This document shows positions 46,704-53,613 of a stretch of 53,613 nt of DNA, in pieces. The stretch is from Opitutia bacterium (GTDB lineage: Bacteria > Verrucomicrobiota > Verrucomicrobiia > Opitutales > UBA953), in assembly GCA_947463395.1 (NCBI GenBank), contig CANHRV010000001.1, positions 1 to 53,613 of the forward strand, in the 5' to 3' direction. The notes beneath the pieces were generated by a model that saw only the letters and a list, made by a program, of their open reading frames with translations, searched no databases and was not told the DNA's origin. Numbering within the stretch: the stretch's first letter is position 1; each line of letters starts with the position of its first letter. The translations under genes were made by a program, and so were the position numbers.

Positions 46704-47918
46704 TAAATTGAGATTCTCGAGCGGACCTTGCCAAGCAAAGCGTGGCATATCGGGAAACAAAAATTGCACGCCAGCGGTTAATCCTTCGCCTAAATCGACA
46801 GGGGCAGCCAGAGCAGGTAGGCCAGCCAATGAAGCAGGAGTATTAAGGGCCAGTAGTTGTCGACGGTGCTCAGGTGTGACTTGGGCTTTAGTTATGGCAG
46901 GTCCGCCGGTACAGGGCAGGGCAATAAAACTATAACGCGAGAAGATAGTCGCAAAGGCATCGAGGATTCGACGTCGTTCTGTTTCGGCCCAAGCGATTTC
47001 ATCGGGATTACGTTGTCGCCCTATTTCTAAGCGATTCAAGACAACGGGATCGTATTTATCCTTACGACGAATCAGCCAAGGTGCATGAACGCGAGCGGCG
47101 GCGTGGCCACCAAGAATGGGATAAATTTCTGCGGCCTCAGCGAATGTCATTTGCAGAAACTCCATGGCAGCCCGATCTTCTACCGCACCGGCATCGAGAG
47201 CTAACTTTCGCATGGGTTGAAGAACTTCATCCGCTAATCCGAGACCTAAATCGCCAGCCCAAAGTCCCATAAAACAAGGCGGTGGATTGCCTAAAACCGC
47301 TTTTGAAACGGTGACGAGATCGGGAGCGTTTTGTGTTATCCACCCTTGCGCGTCAAAACCGGGTGAGAGGGGAAAGATATCACCGACGGGAGCGACATCT
47401 GGAGAAAGTCTTAAACCCCAAACTCCGCAGTACCCGCAAGGGACACGAATCGATCCGGCGGTGTCGCTCGCAAGAGCGAAGGGTACTAATCCTTTTGCGA
47501 CAGCCCAGGCTGAACCAGAACTGGACCCGCCCGTTAATCTTTCGGGGTATTGGGGGTGATGGCAGTCACCATAGTGAGGGTTTTCTCCCGTGAGACCGTA
47601 AGCGAATTCATTCAGCTGCGTGTTGCCGCAAAAGACAGCCCCAGCATCGTTTTCAAAGGCCAGAGGCAAGCTTGATGTCGTGTTGTAGAGGCCGATTTCT
47701 TCAGGAAGAAAAGTCGAGCCTGCGTAAGTGGGGTAACCTGCACGAAAATAGATATCTTTGGCTAAATAGGGAGTGCCCCCGAGGTCTTGATCGCGCAAAT
47801 TCCAAGCTCGCTCGAATCGTTCGGTGAGTTTTTTCGTATCGGGTAAATTGCAGAGAGCACTTCGCTGTTCTTCTGGCGTAAGGTGACCCAATTTAATGAG
47901 AAAAGCCTCGGCAGCCAT
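46698..47918 (-). CDS. Amidase-signature family hydrolase
   Basis: GGSSSGSAWAVAKGLVPFALASDTAGSIRVPCGYCGVWGLR. Start set at ATG 47918, because the track start at 48059 would overlap the upstream gene by 82 nt. Confidence 0.75.
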   Translation of the reverse strand: MAAEAFLIKLGHLTPEEQRSALCNLPDTKKLTERFERAWNLRDQDLGGTPYLAKDIYFRAGYPTYAGSTFLPEEIGLYNTTSSLPLAFENDAGAVFCGNTQLNEFAYGLTGENPHYGDCHHPQYPERLTGGSSSGSAWAVAKGLVPFALASDTAGSIRVPCGYCGVWGLRLSPDVAPVGDIFPLSPGFDAQGWITQNAPDLVTVSKAVLGNPPPCFMGLWAGDLGLGLADEVLQPMRKLALDAGAVEDRAAMEFLQMTFAEAAEIYPILGGHAAARVHAPWLIRRKDKYDPVVLNRLEIGRQRNPDEIAWAETERRRILDAFATIFSRYSFIALPCTGGPAITKAQVTPEHRRQLLALNTPASLAGLPALAAPVDLGEGLTAGVQFLFPDMPRFAWQGPLENLNLL

Positions 47919-47977
47919 GCGTGGTCCTCGGGATAAAAAGAAATCCCGCCACTCGGTGATGTTGGCTGGGGATGCGT

Positions 47978-49336
47978 TCACAAATCGAGGGCTACTCCTG
48001 GTTCGGGATCGTGGACCCGAGAACTTGGCATAACTTTTTGTAAGGTTTCTTTCATCCACGCACGTGCGGGTGGATCTCCGTGGGTGAGAACGATGTCGCG
48101 CGGTGCAAGTGCTTTGGCGAAATCGATTAGTTCCTCTCGATCGGCATGTCCACTGAGATGAAAACGTTCTACCTCTGCACGGAGAATTGAGGTATGGTCG
48201 AGTCCTTTAAACTTGAATTCACCACCGGGAGATAGGCCAATGAGTTCGCCACCTGGGGTTTCAGGATCGCAGTAGCCAACAAAGAAAACAGCATTTTCCT
48301 CATGATCGAGAATGTTAGCTGCAATCCGCCAAGCTGGGGTTTTTTCGACCATCATGCCACTGGAGAGTAGGTAGATTCCTTGTTCAGGCAAATTTTTACC
48401 AGGAGGGGTGTATTGTCGAGAAAGGGAGCGAATTCCAAGTTCGGTCAGGATTTTTCGACTAAACTTTACCTGTTTGGTTTTGCGAGAGGCTTCATCGAGG
48501 TAGTCGCAGAGATCCATGCCCAAGCCCGAACAGAAAATAGGTACATCGACCAATTCACCAGCAGCCGCTGTTTCATCGAGCAACTTTAAAATTTCTTGCA
48601 TTCGACCAAAAGCAAAAGCGGGAAGTAAAACCGATCCACCGTCATCAATCACACGGTTGATTGATTTAATCAAACGAGCTTCCTCCATCGCTCGAGTCAT
48701 TCCCGGAATAGTAGGGGTTGCTCCGCGAGTACATTCCATGACCAATGTGTCAACGGGTTGACGAGGGAAATTCGCTCCATCAACGGTCCGTTGAGCTTGG
48801 AAATGTACGTCACCGGTAAAAAAATGTCTTTTTTTCTCGTGTTCGATTAGGCAACCAATCGCTCCAGCAACGTGCCCAGCGAGGTGGAAAGTAATAATAA
48901 TCTCTTCGCCACCTCTCCCAATTTTTCTTGGGTTGGCAATCGGTACAGCGGCTAAGGCGTTTTCGACACGTTCAATGTCTGGCTCAACATATAAGGGTAG
49001 TTCTTCATTGCCCGATTCCTCGCGTTGGCGCTTCATCACTTGAATCGAGTTTGATAAAAGCCTTCGGGCGAAGAGAGTTGTCGCCGAGGAAGCAAAAACT
49101 CGAGCTCCAGGATTTTGGCGAATAAGAAGGGGTAGGGATCCCAAATGATCGAGGTGACAGTGGGTTAAGATAACTCCATCCACAGCCCCTGGAATCAGGT
49201 TTAATCGAGGTAGGGCTTTTTTTCCTTCAAATTTAGGATGCATGCCACAGTCGAGAACGTAGCGAAGTCCTCCAAATTCCAAGAGTAAGCAATTAGCGCC
49301 GATTTCGCGGCCTGAATTTAAGTCGGTAATTCTCAT
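47978..49336 (-). CDS. MBL-fold beta-CASP hydrolase (RNA-metabolising metallo-beta-lactamase family)
   Basis: THCHLDHLGSLP (HxHxDH), FHLAGHVAGA, a beta-CASP region and HLSGHADREEL. Confidence 0.8.
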   Translation of the reverse strand: MRITDLNSGREIGANCLLLEFGGLRYVLDCGMHPKFEGKKALPRLNLIPGAVDGVILTHCHLDHLGSLPLLIRQNPGARVFASSATTLFARRLLSNSIQVMKRQREESGNEELPLYVEPDIERVENALAAVPIANPRKIGRGGEEIIITFHLAGHVAGAIGCLIEHEKKRHFFTGDVHFQAQRTVDGANFPRQPVDTLVMECTRGATPTIPGMTRAMEEARLIKSINRVIDDGGSVLLPAFAFGRMQEILKLLDETAAAGELVDVPIFCSGLGMDLCDYLDEASRKTKQVKFSRKILTELGIRSLSRQYTPPGKNLPEQGIYLLSSGMMVEKTPAWRIAANILDHEENAVFFVGYCDPETPGGELIGLSPGGEFKFKGLDHTSILRAEVERFHLSGHADREELIDFAKALAPRDIVLTHGDPPARAWMKETLQKVMPSSRVHDPEPGVALDL

Positions 49337-49803
49337 GAAGAAGGGGGTGTCATCGCAAAAGCGGGGATACGAACAAAAATAGGATGCCCTTCCTTGGTTT
49401 TTCCATGAAAAGCACCTTCTGCTGTCTGTGGCTGTCCTGTTAAATGGTAGCTATTGTAAGAAAACTGACCTCCTGGTTCGAGGGTCGGTGTCTGACCGAC
49501 AATCCCATCTCCTTCAATGACCTCTGTCGTTCCATCGACCGAACGGATAATCCATTTTCGGCCTAGAAGTTGAATGGTGTGAGGGGAGAGGTTGATGATG
49601 GTTAAAAAGTAAACAAAGGCATGAGGGGTTTCGACAGGGAAATTGTCGTCACGATGGTGCACCACTTTATCGATTTGGACCCTAAGGCCGGGGAGTTCCT
49701 GTCCGTTGGCTTGCACGTGAATTTTAGGGAATGAGGTAAGGTGACTTTGGAAAGCCGTAAACCCGAAAGATTGTGAAATTCTTTGTGTCTTACCGCCTTG
49801 CAC
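49333..49803 (-). CDS. apaG: ApaG (DUF525) protein
   Basis: HAFVYFLTIINLSPHTIQLLGRKWIIRSVDGTTEVIEGDGIVGQTPTLEPGGQFSYNS. ATGA overlap with the downstream beta-CASP gene. The start is uncertain. Confidence 0.8.
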   Translation of the reverse strand: MQGGKTQRISQSFGFTAFQSHLTSFPKIHVQANGQELPGLRVQIDKVVHHRDDNFPVETPHAFVYFLTIINLSPHTIQLLGRKWIIRSVDGTTEVIEGDGIVGQTPTLEPGGQFSYNSYHLTGQPQTAEGAFHGKTKEGHPIFVRIPAFAMTPPSS

Positions 49804-49833
49804 CTTAGGTCAGGGTGGTCTTTTCTTCGTTCA

Positions 49834-52440
49834 ATGGCTCCCGTTGCGTCAAACACTTCACTTCTGAAGCGAGTGCCCTTAAAATGGTGGGGTATATTGG
49901 GATATCTTTGTCTCTTAGTTCTTTCAGCCACGTTTCCCTTTTTTCAGTCGGTGGAAAGGTATTCCAAGGATTATCCCTCGTTGGTACCAGCCTTTGATTT
50001 TAAAAACGACAAAGTAGCCCCCACGGGGCAGAAAATTTTTGTTCACGCGAATTTATATGGTTTTAATCCTGGGGGTGGCTCGAGTGGTAAGCCGGTGGTG
50101 GTTTATTTACACCGCTTACCATGGACCAAGCAGGGAAGTGATTTTTGTAAAGAGTTAGCCAAGTCGGGTAAAGTGGCGGTGGTTGAACCTTTCATGCCTG
50201 GATTTGCCACATCACCAGGCGACGTTCCCAGTCACTCAATGGAAGCGAATGCCCATGTGGTTGCCGCTCTCCTTGAGCAATATGGTATTCAGCAATATCA
50301 TGTCGTGGCACATGGTTTATCGAGTGTCGCTGCTCTGGAATTGGTCTCCGCTTACCATCAACGAATTCAATCAGTCACTTTTCTTTCTGCTCCTGGTGTG
50401 CAGGAGTTTGAGTTATTGGGTAATCCATTGGTTAATAAAATCGTCTATGGTTTTCATGGCGCCTTTTTCTGGGGTGTTTCACGTCTTACGCCCAATTTTG
50501 GATTGGTTGATTTGCTACCCATGGATCGTGATTATGCGAAAACGATTTTTGATACCGATTTAACGGACAGTAAAAAGATTTTACATAGCCTACGTCAGCC
50601 TCTGTTGCTGGTACATGGTGATTCCGACTGGTTTACGCCTCTTGATTCAGCGGTTTATACTTCTAAAATTCTTCCACATTCCGAGCTGGTTGTTCTGTCA
50701 GGCGGACGTGATGTTGTTTTCCAGCAAAATACGGAGGTTGCAGATAAAATTGTGCAATTTGTTTCCACTCCTCATGCAGGGGCAATCGGACAAGCTCAGA
50801 ATCCTCCCATTCCTCGTGCACAAGGTTATCATTACTGGATTTTACTCATCATCATTATTCTTTGCACCTTTGTAGCGGAGGATCCCACCTGTTTAGCGGC
50901 TGGTTTAATGGTGACAGTCGGTATACTTGATTTTTGGTCCGTCACCGCTGCTTGCTTTGTTGGAATTTTTATCGGCGATATGTTCCTTTACTCAATCGGG
51001 CGATACTTTGGTCGACCGGCTTTGCGCAAAGCACCACTCAAGTGGTTTATCAAAGAACATAAAGTGAATCAATGGTCAGGATGGTTCGCTACCCCCAAAG
51101 GAATGTTGGTGGTGGTGAGTTCGCGTTTCGTCCCTGCGAGTCGTGTGCCTACCTTCATTACGGCGGGTATTATGAAGCTGAATTTTGCCAATTTGGGCTT
51201 ACTGCTGATGGTCGCTGCCCTAATTTGGACTCCGCCTTTAATTTGGATTGGTTATCAATTCGGCGAATCAGGTATGCAAGTTTTGCATAAGTTTAAGAGT
51301 AATGCTCTTTGGGTTATTATTGGCTTCTTGGTTGCTCTGCACTTTATCACCCACTGGATTGTGCCGACCCTCACATGGCGTGGACGCCGTCAAATTATCA
51401 TGAAGGTGCGCAACTACTTGCAGCCTTCGTTGTGGCCTTCGTGGTTACTCTTTTTGCCCGTCCGCATCGGCGTTATCTTTTTAAGTCTTCGTCACCGTAG
51501 TTTAACGGCTTTTGCCTCCGCTAATCCTTCCTTCGGTCGAATCGGTGGATTCATGGGTGATGCAAAATCGTTATTACTCCGACCTTTCCAACGCGATTCA
51601 CGTTGTGTTCCCTTTGTTGGTCTCTCTGCAGAAGAGGCGAGCGAGGTTAGACTACAAGAAGCCAAGGCTTTTGCGGCCTGTCATGGATACCCTCTTGTTC
51701 TAAAACCCGAAGTTTCCTGCAATGGTGCAGGTTTGCGCTATGTCCGAAATGAGGAACAGCTGTCGCGTTGGTTAACTGATGTGAAAGAGGATATGCTTTT
51801 GCAGAAGTTTACTCCCGGTCTTGAATTTGAAGTGGTTTGGAGTCGAAGTCCTGGCAAAGACAATGGCCATATTATGGCGCTGGTGCACAAACAAGATGTG
51901 GTTGTCACAGGGGATGGCGAGCAGACGCTGGAAGAATTGATTTGGCTCGATGATTTTGCGGTTTCACGTGCTGAACTTTATTTGCAGGCTCATGATCGTG
52001 AGCTGACTCGCGTGATTCCCGCTGGTCAGAAAGTCATTTTAAACCTTTCGGGGAGTTATGGCCACGGAGTGCGTTGTCAGCATCGCCCAGAATTGATTAC
52101 GCCAGAATTTAGTGCAGCCATCACGGCTTTTGCGAAACGTTTCCCCGCTTTGCACTATGCACGCTTTGATGTCCGTGTTGCTCAAGAATCGCAACTTAAT
52201 ACCGGACAATTTATCATCACAGAGGTCGATGGCTGTTGTAGTGTTTCAAGTCTACTTCGCGATGGGTCTTTGCTCTTCCGTCGTTCCTATCGAGCAATTT
52301 GGGATCAATTGGCGGTTTGTCTTGAAGCCGGTGCACACAACTTAAAGCAAAAGGTTCGCCCCGTACCGATTGATGAGTTGTTGGCTCGTTGGAGCCAAGC
52401 TCAAGGTCGTACCGATGAATTTGCTGTTACGGAAGACTAA
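49834..52440 (+). CDS. Tri-domain membrane protein: alpha/beta-hydrolase + DedA/VTT domain + ATP-grasp ligase-like domain
   Basis: One uninterrupted frame, with ATG at 49834 and a TTG at 49783. The hydrolase part has VVYLH, the elbow VVAHGLSSVAA and LLVHGDSDW. The DedA part has FVAEDPTCLAAG, GDMFLYSIGRYFG and SSRFVPASRVPTFITAG. The ATP-grasp-like part has GYPLVLKPEVSCNGAGLRYV, LLQKFTPGLEFEVVW and ARFDVRV...FIITEVDG. Confidence 0.7.
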   Translation: MAPVASNTSLLKRVPLKWWGILGYLCLLVLSATFPFFQSVERYSKDYPSLVPAFDFKNDKVAPTGQKIFVHANLYGFNPGGGSSGKPVVVYLHRLPWTKQGSDFCKELAKSGKVAVVEPFMPGFATSPGDVPSHSMEANAHVVAALLEQYGIQQYHVVAHGLSSVAALELVSAYHQRIQSVTFLSAPGVQEFELLGNPLVNKIVYGFHGAFFWGVSRLTPNFGLVDLLPMDRDYAKTIFDTDLTDSKKILHSLRQPLLLVHGDSDWFTPLDSAVYTSKILPHSELVVLSGGRDVVFQQNTEVADKIVQFVSTPHAGAIGQAQNPPIPRAQGYHYWILLIIIILCTFVAEDPTCLAAGLMVTVGILDFWSVTAACFVGIFIGDMFLYSIGRYFGRPALRKAPLKWFIKEHKVNQWSGWFATPKGMLVVVSSRFVPASRVPTFITAGIMKLNFANLGLLLMVAALIWTPPLIWIGYQFGESGMQVLHKFKSNALWVIIGFLVALHFITHWIVPTLTWRGRRQIIMKVRNYLQPSLWPSWLLFLPVRIGVIFLSLRHRSLTAFASANPSFGRIGGFMGDAKSLLLRPFQRDSRCVPFVGLSAEEASEVRLQEAKAFAACHGYPLVLKPEVSCNGAGLRYVRNEEQLSRWLTDVKEDMLLQKFTPGLEFEVVWSRSPGKDNGHIMALVHKQDVVVTGDGEQTLEELIWLDDFAVSRAELYLQAHDRELTRVIPAGQKVILNLSGSYGHGVRCQHRPELITPEFSAAITAFAKRFPALHYARFDVRVAQESQLNTGQFIITEVDGCCSVSSLLRDGSLLFRRSYRAIWDQLAVCLEAGAHNLKQKVRPVPIDELLARWSQAQGRTDEFAVTED

Positions 52441-53036
52441 TCTCTTTTGGTGTAATGATGACAAAGGGCGACCGCTGCGGCGTCTGATTCATCGAGCGGT
52501 AAAATCTGCTTTAATCCTAAAACACTTTTTATCATCTGCCCGACTTGTTCTTTGGCGGCAGATCCATGTCCAGCAACGGACATTTTGATTCGTTTTGGAG
52601 CGTATTCATGAACCGATAATCCGAGTCTAGCCAAAACGCTTAAAGCGGCTCCTCGAGATGCTCCCATCGCCTGTGCGGTCCGAAAATTTTGTACATAAAT
52701 CGTTTCTTCAATCGCTGCTTCCGTGGCTCCATATTGCTTTGCCATTTTTTCTACGGCATCAGCGATTTTTCCTAAACATTCAAAGGCTTTGTGGGATGGG
52801 CCGATCTTAACCGTGAGGCTTCCCAGAAGTTGTGGAGGTTCGCAACGTGCATCAATCACGGCTAAGCCAGTTCCGCGAAGTGAAGGGTCAATGCCGATGA
52901 TAATCGCACGACTTCCTCGAGGGTGAATAATAGATGACGTTTTCTTCTTGCTCGAGGTTGAATGGATACGGCCAGCAGAAGACGACCCGTTAGTTAAATG
53001 GGCTGTCCACAGAGCGCGGGCTGATTTGCGTGCCAT
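52437..53036 (-). CDS. ruvC: Crossover junction endodeoxyribonuclease RuvC with an N-terminal extension of about 40 aa
   Basis: IIIGIDPSLRGTGLAVID, EAAIEETIYVQN and ESDAAAVALCH. No in-frame ATG, GTG or TTG lies between 53036 and the conserved IGIDP core. Confidence 0.85.
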   Translation of the reverse strand: MARKSARALWTAHLTNGSSSAGRIHSTSSKKKTSSIIHPRGSRAIIIGIDPSLRGTGLAVIDARCEPPQLLGSLTVKIGPSHKAFECLGKIADAVEKMAKQYGATEAAIEETIYVQNFRTAQAMGASRGAALSVLARLGLSVHEYAPKRIKMSVAGHGSAAKEQVGQMIKSVLGLKQILPLDESDAAAVALCHHYTKRD

Positions 53037-53087
53037 TCTTCTGGGATTTACGGTTAAACCCTAATGATTGGCAAAAGTATTTCGACT

Positions 53088-53121
53088 CACAAAAAGGCCG
53101 AGTTGCTTCGAACTCGGCCTT
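53088..53121 (-). terminator. Intrinsic terminator after tkt
   Basis: Minus-strand stem aaggccgagtt / aactcggcctt with loop cgaagc, followed by tttttgtg. Confidence 0.75.
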
Positions 53122-53142
53122 GGTAAGGGAATGTGATTCCGA

Positions 53143-53613
53143 TTAGAGCGAACGAGCCGCAGCAACCACGGCCTCCTTGGTGATACCGAGTTCGCGCATT
53201 GCGATGTCGCCAGGAGCACTTAAACCGAAGGTATCAGTGCCGATGGCTTTACCATTTAATCCGATGTAACGACCCCACGAAAGGGTTACACCGGCTTCAA
53301 TACTGACGCGCTTGGAGCATGATTTGGGTAAAACTTCTTCCTGGTAGGATTTTGGCTGGCGGGAGAAGATTTCCATGGAAGGCATCGATACCACGCGAAC
53401 ACCCGCTCCGAGTTCCTCGGCAGCTGCTAGAGCGAGTTGTAATTCGCTACCAGTGCCGATGAGAATGTGGGTTAAAGGAGCGGTTTCTTTACGTGCGATA
53501 TAGGCACCCTTTAAAACGCCTTGGCGACGTGTTGCCACGGGAATGGCATCCAGCGAAGGCACATTTTGACGCGATAAGATTAGGGCGACAGGTCCTTCAC
53601 GTCGGGCGACAGC
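53143..53613 (-). CDS. tkt: Transketolase, C-terminal part (5' end beyond the right edge)
   Basis: The frame stays open to the window end: AVARREGPVALILSRQNVPSLD...ILIGTGSELQLALAAAEEL...GIGTDTFGLSAPG. Confidence 0.88.
   Translation of the reverse strand, partial: AVARREGPVALILSRQNVPSLDAIPVATRRQGVLKGAYIARKETAPLTHILIGTGSELQLALAAAEELGAGVRVVSMPSMEIFSRQPKSYQEEVLPKSCSKRVSIEAGVTLSWGRYIGLNGKAIGTDTFGLSAPGDIAMRELGITKEAVVAAARSL

Noticed and set aside
47919-48059. Longer start for the amidase gene, overlapping the beta-CASP gene by 82 nt.
   Set aside because: An internal ATG at 47918 gives a non-overlapping gene, and the extra residues look like an out-of-frame read of the neighbour's 3' end. The true start remains uncertain.

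Overview
This is a densely packed, almost entirely protein-coding stretch of bacterial chromosome: about 50 CDS, one tRNA and very short intergenic spacers. Nearly everything I can recognise is core housekeeping.

Recognised content:
- Translation: infC, rpmI-rplT, pheST, gatCAB, rpmG, a bS22-like small ORF and tRNA-Val.
- DNA metabolism: priA, ligA, ruvC, xerC/D-like and yraN.
- MEP isoprenoid pathway: ispH, ispG, dxr and ispE, all within about 12.5 kb.
- Queuosine: tgt and queF.
- Pentose-phosphate and glycolysis: zwf-opcA, gpmI and a tkt fragment.
- Fe-S carriers: erpA and apbC.
- Envelope proteostasis: an Amidase_3-type amidase, rseP, lemA plus an M48 peptidase, and a TolB-like protein.
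- Regulation: rpoN and a soluble PAS histidine kinase.

Gene content and style suggest a PVC-type (Verrucomicrobiota-like) organism: long-form IspG, OpcA, bS22, sigma-54 and weak Shine-Dalgarno use. That is inference only.

I see no CRISPR array, transposase, prophage module, rRNA or obvious defence island, and no long non-coding region. I therefore cannot point to a clear multi-gene novel system.

The best novelty candidates are single loci:
1. An ORF of about 868 aa fusing an alpha/beta-hydrolase, a DedA/VTT membrane domain and an ATP-grasp ligase (49834-52440).
2. An Mpv17/PMP22-like membrane protein translationally coupled to gatCAB.
3. A GYF-domain membrane protein divergent from rpoN.
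4. A secreted papain/C39-like peptidase.
5. An apaG / beta-CASP / amidase operon.

A genome-architecture pattern also stands out: six of nine convergent gene pairs have abutting or overlapping stop codons.

All product calls come from motif recognition by eye. No database search was run.
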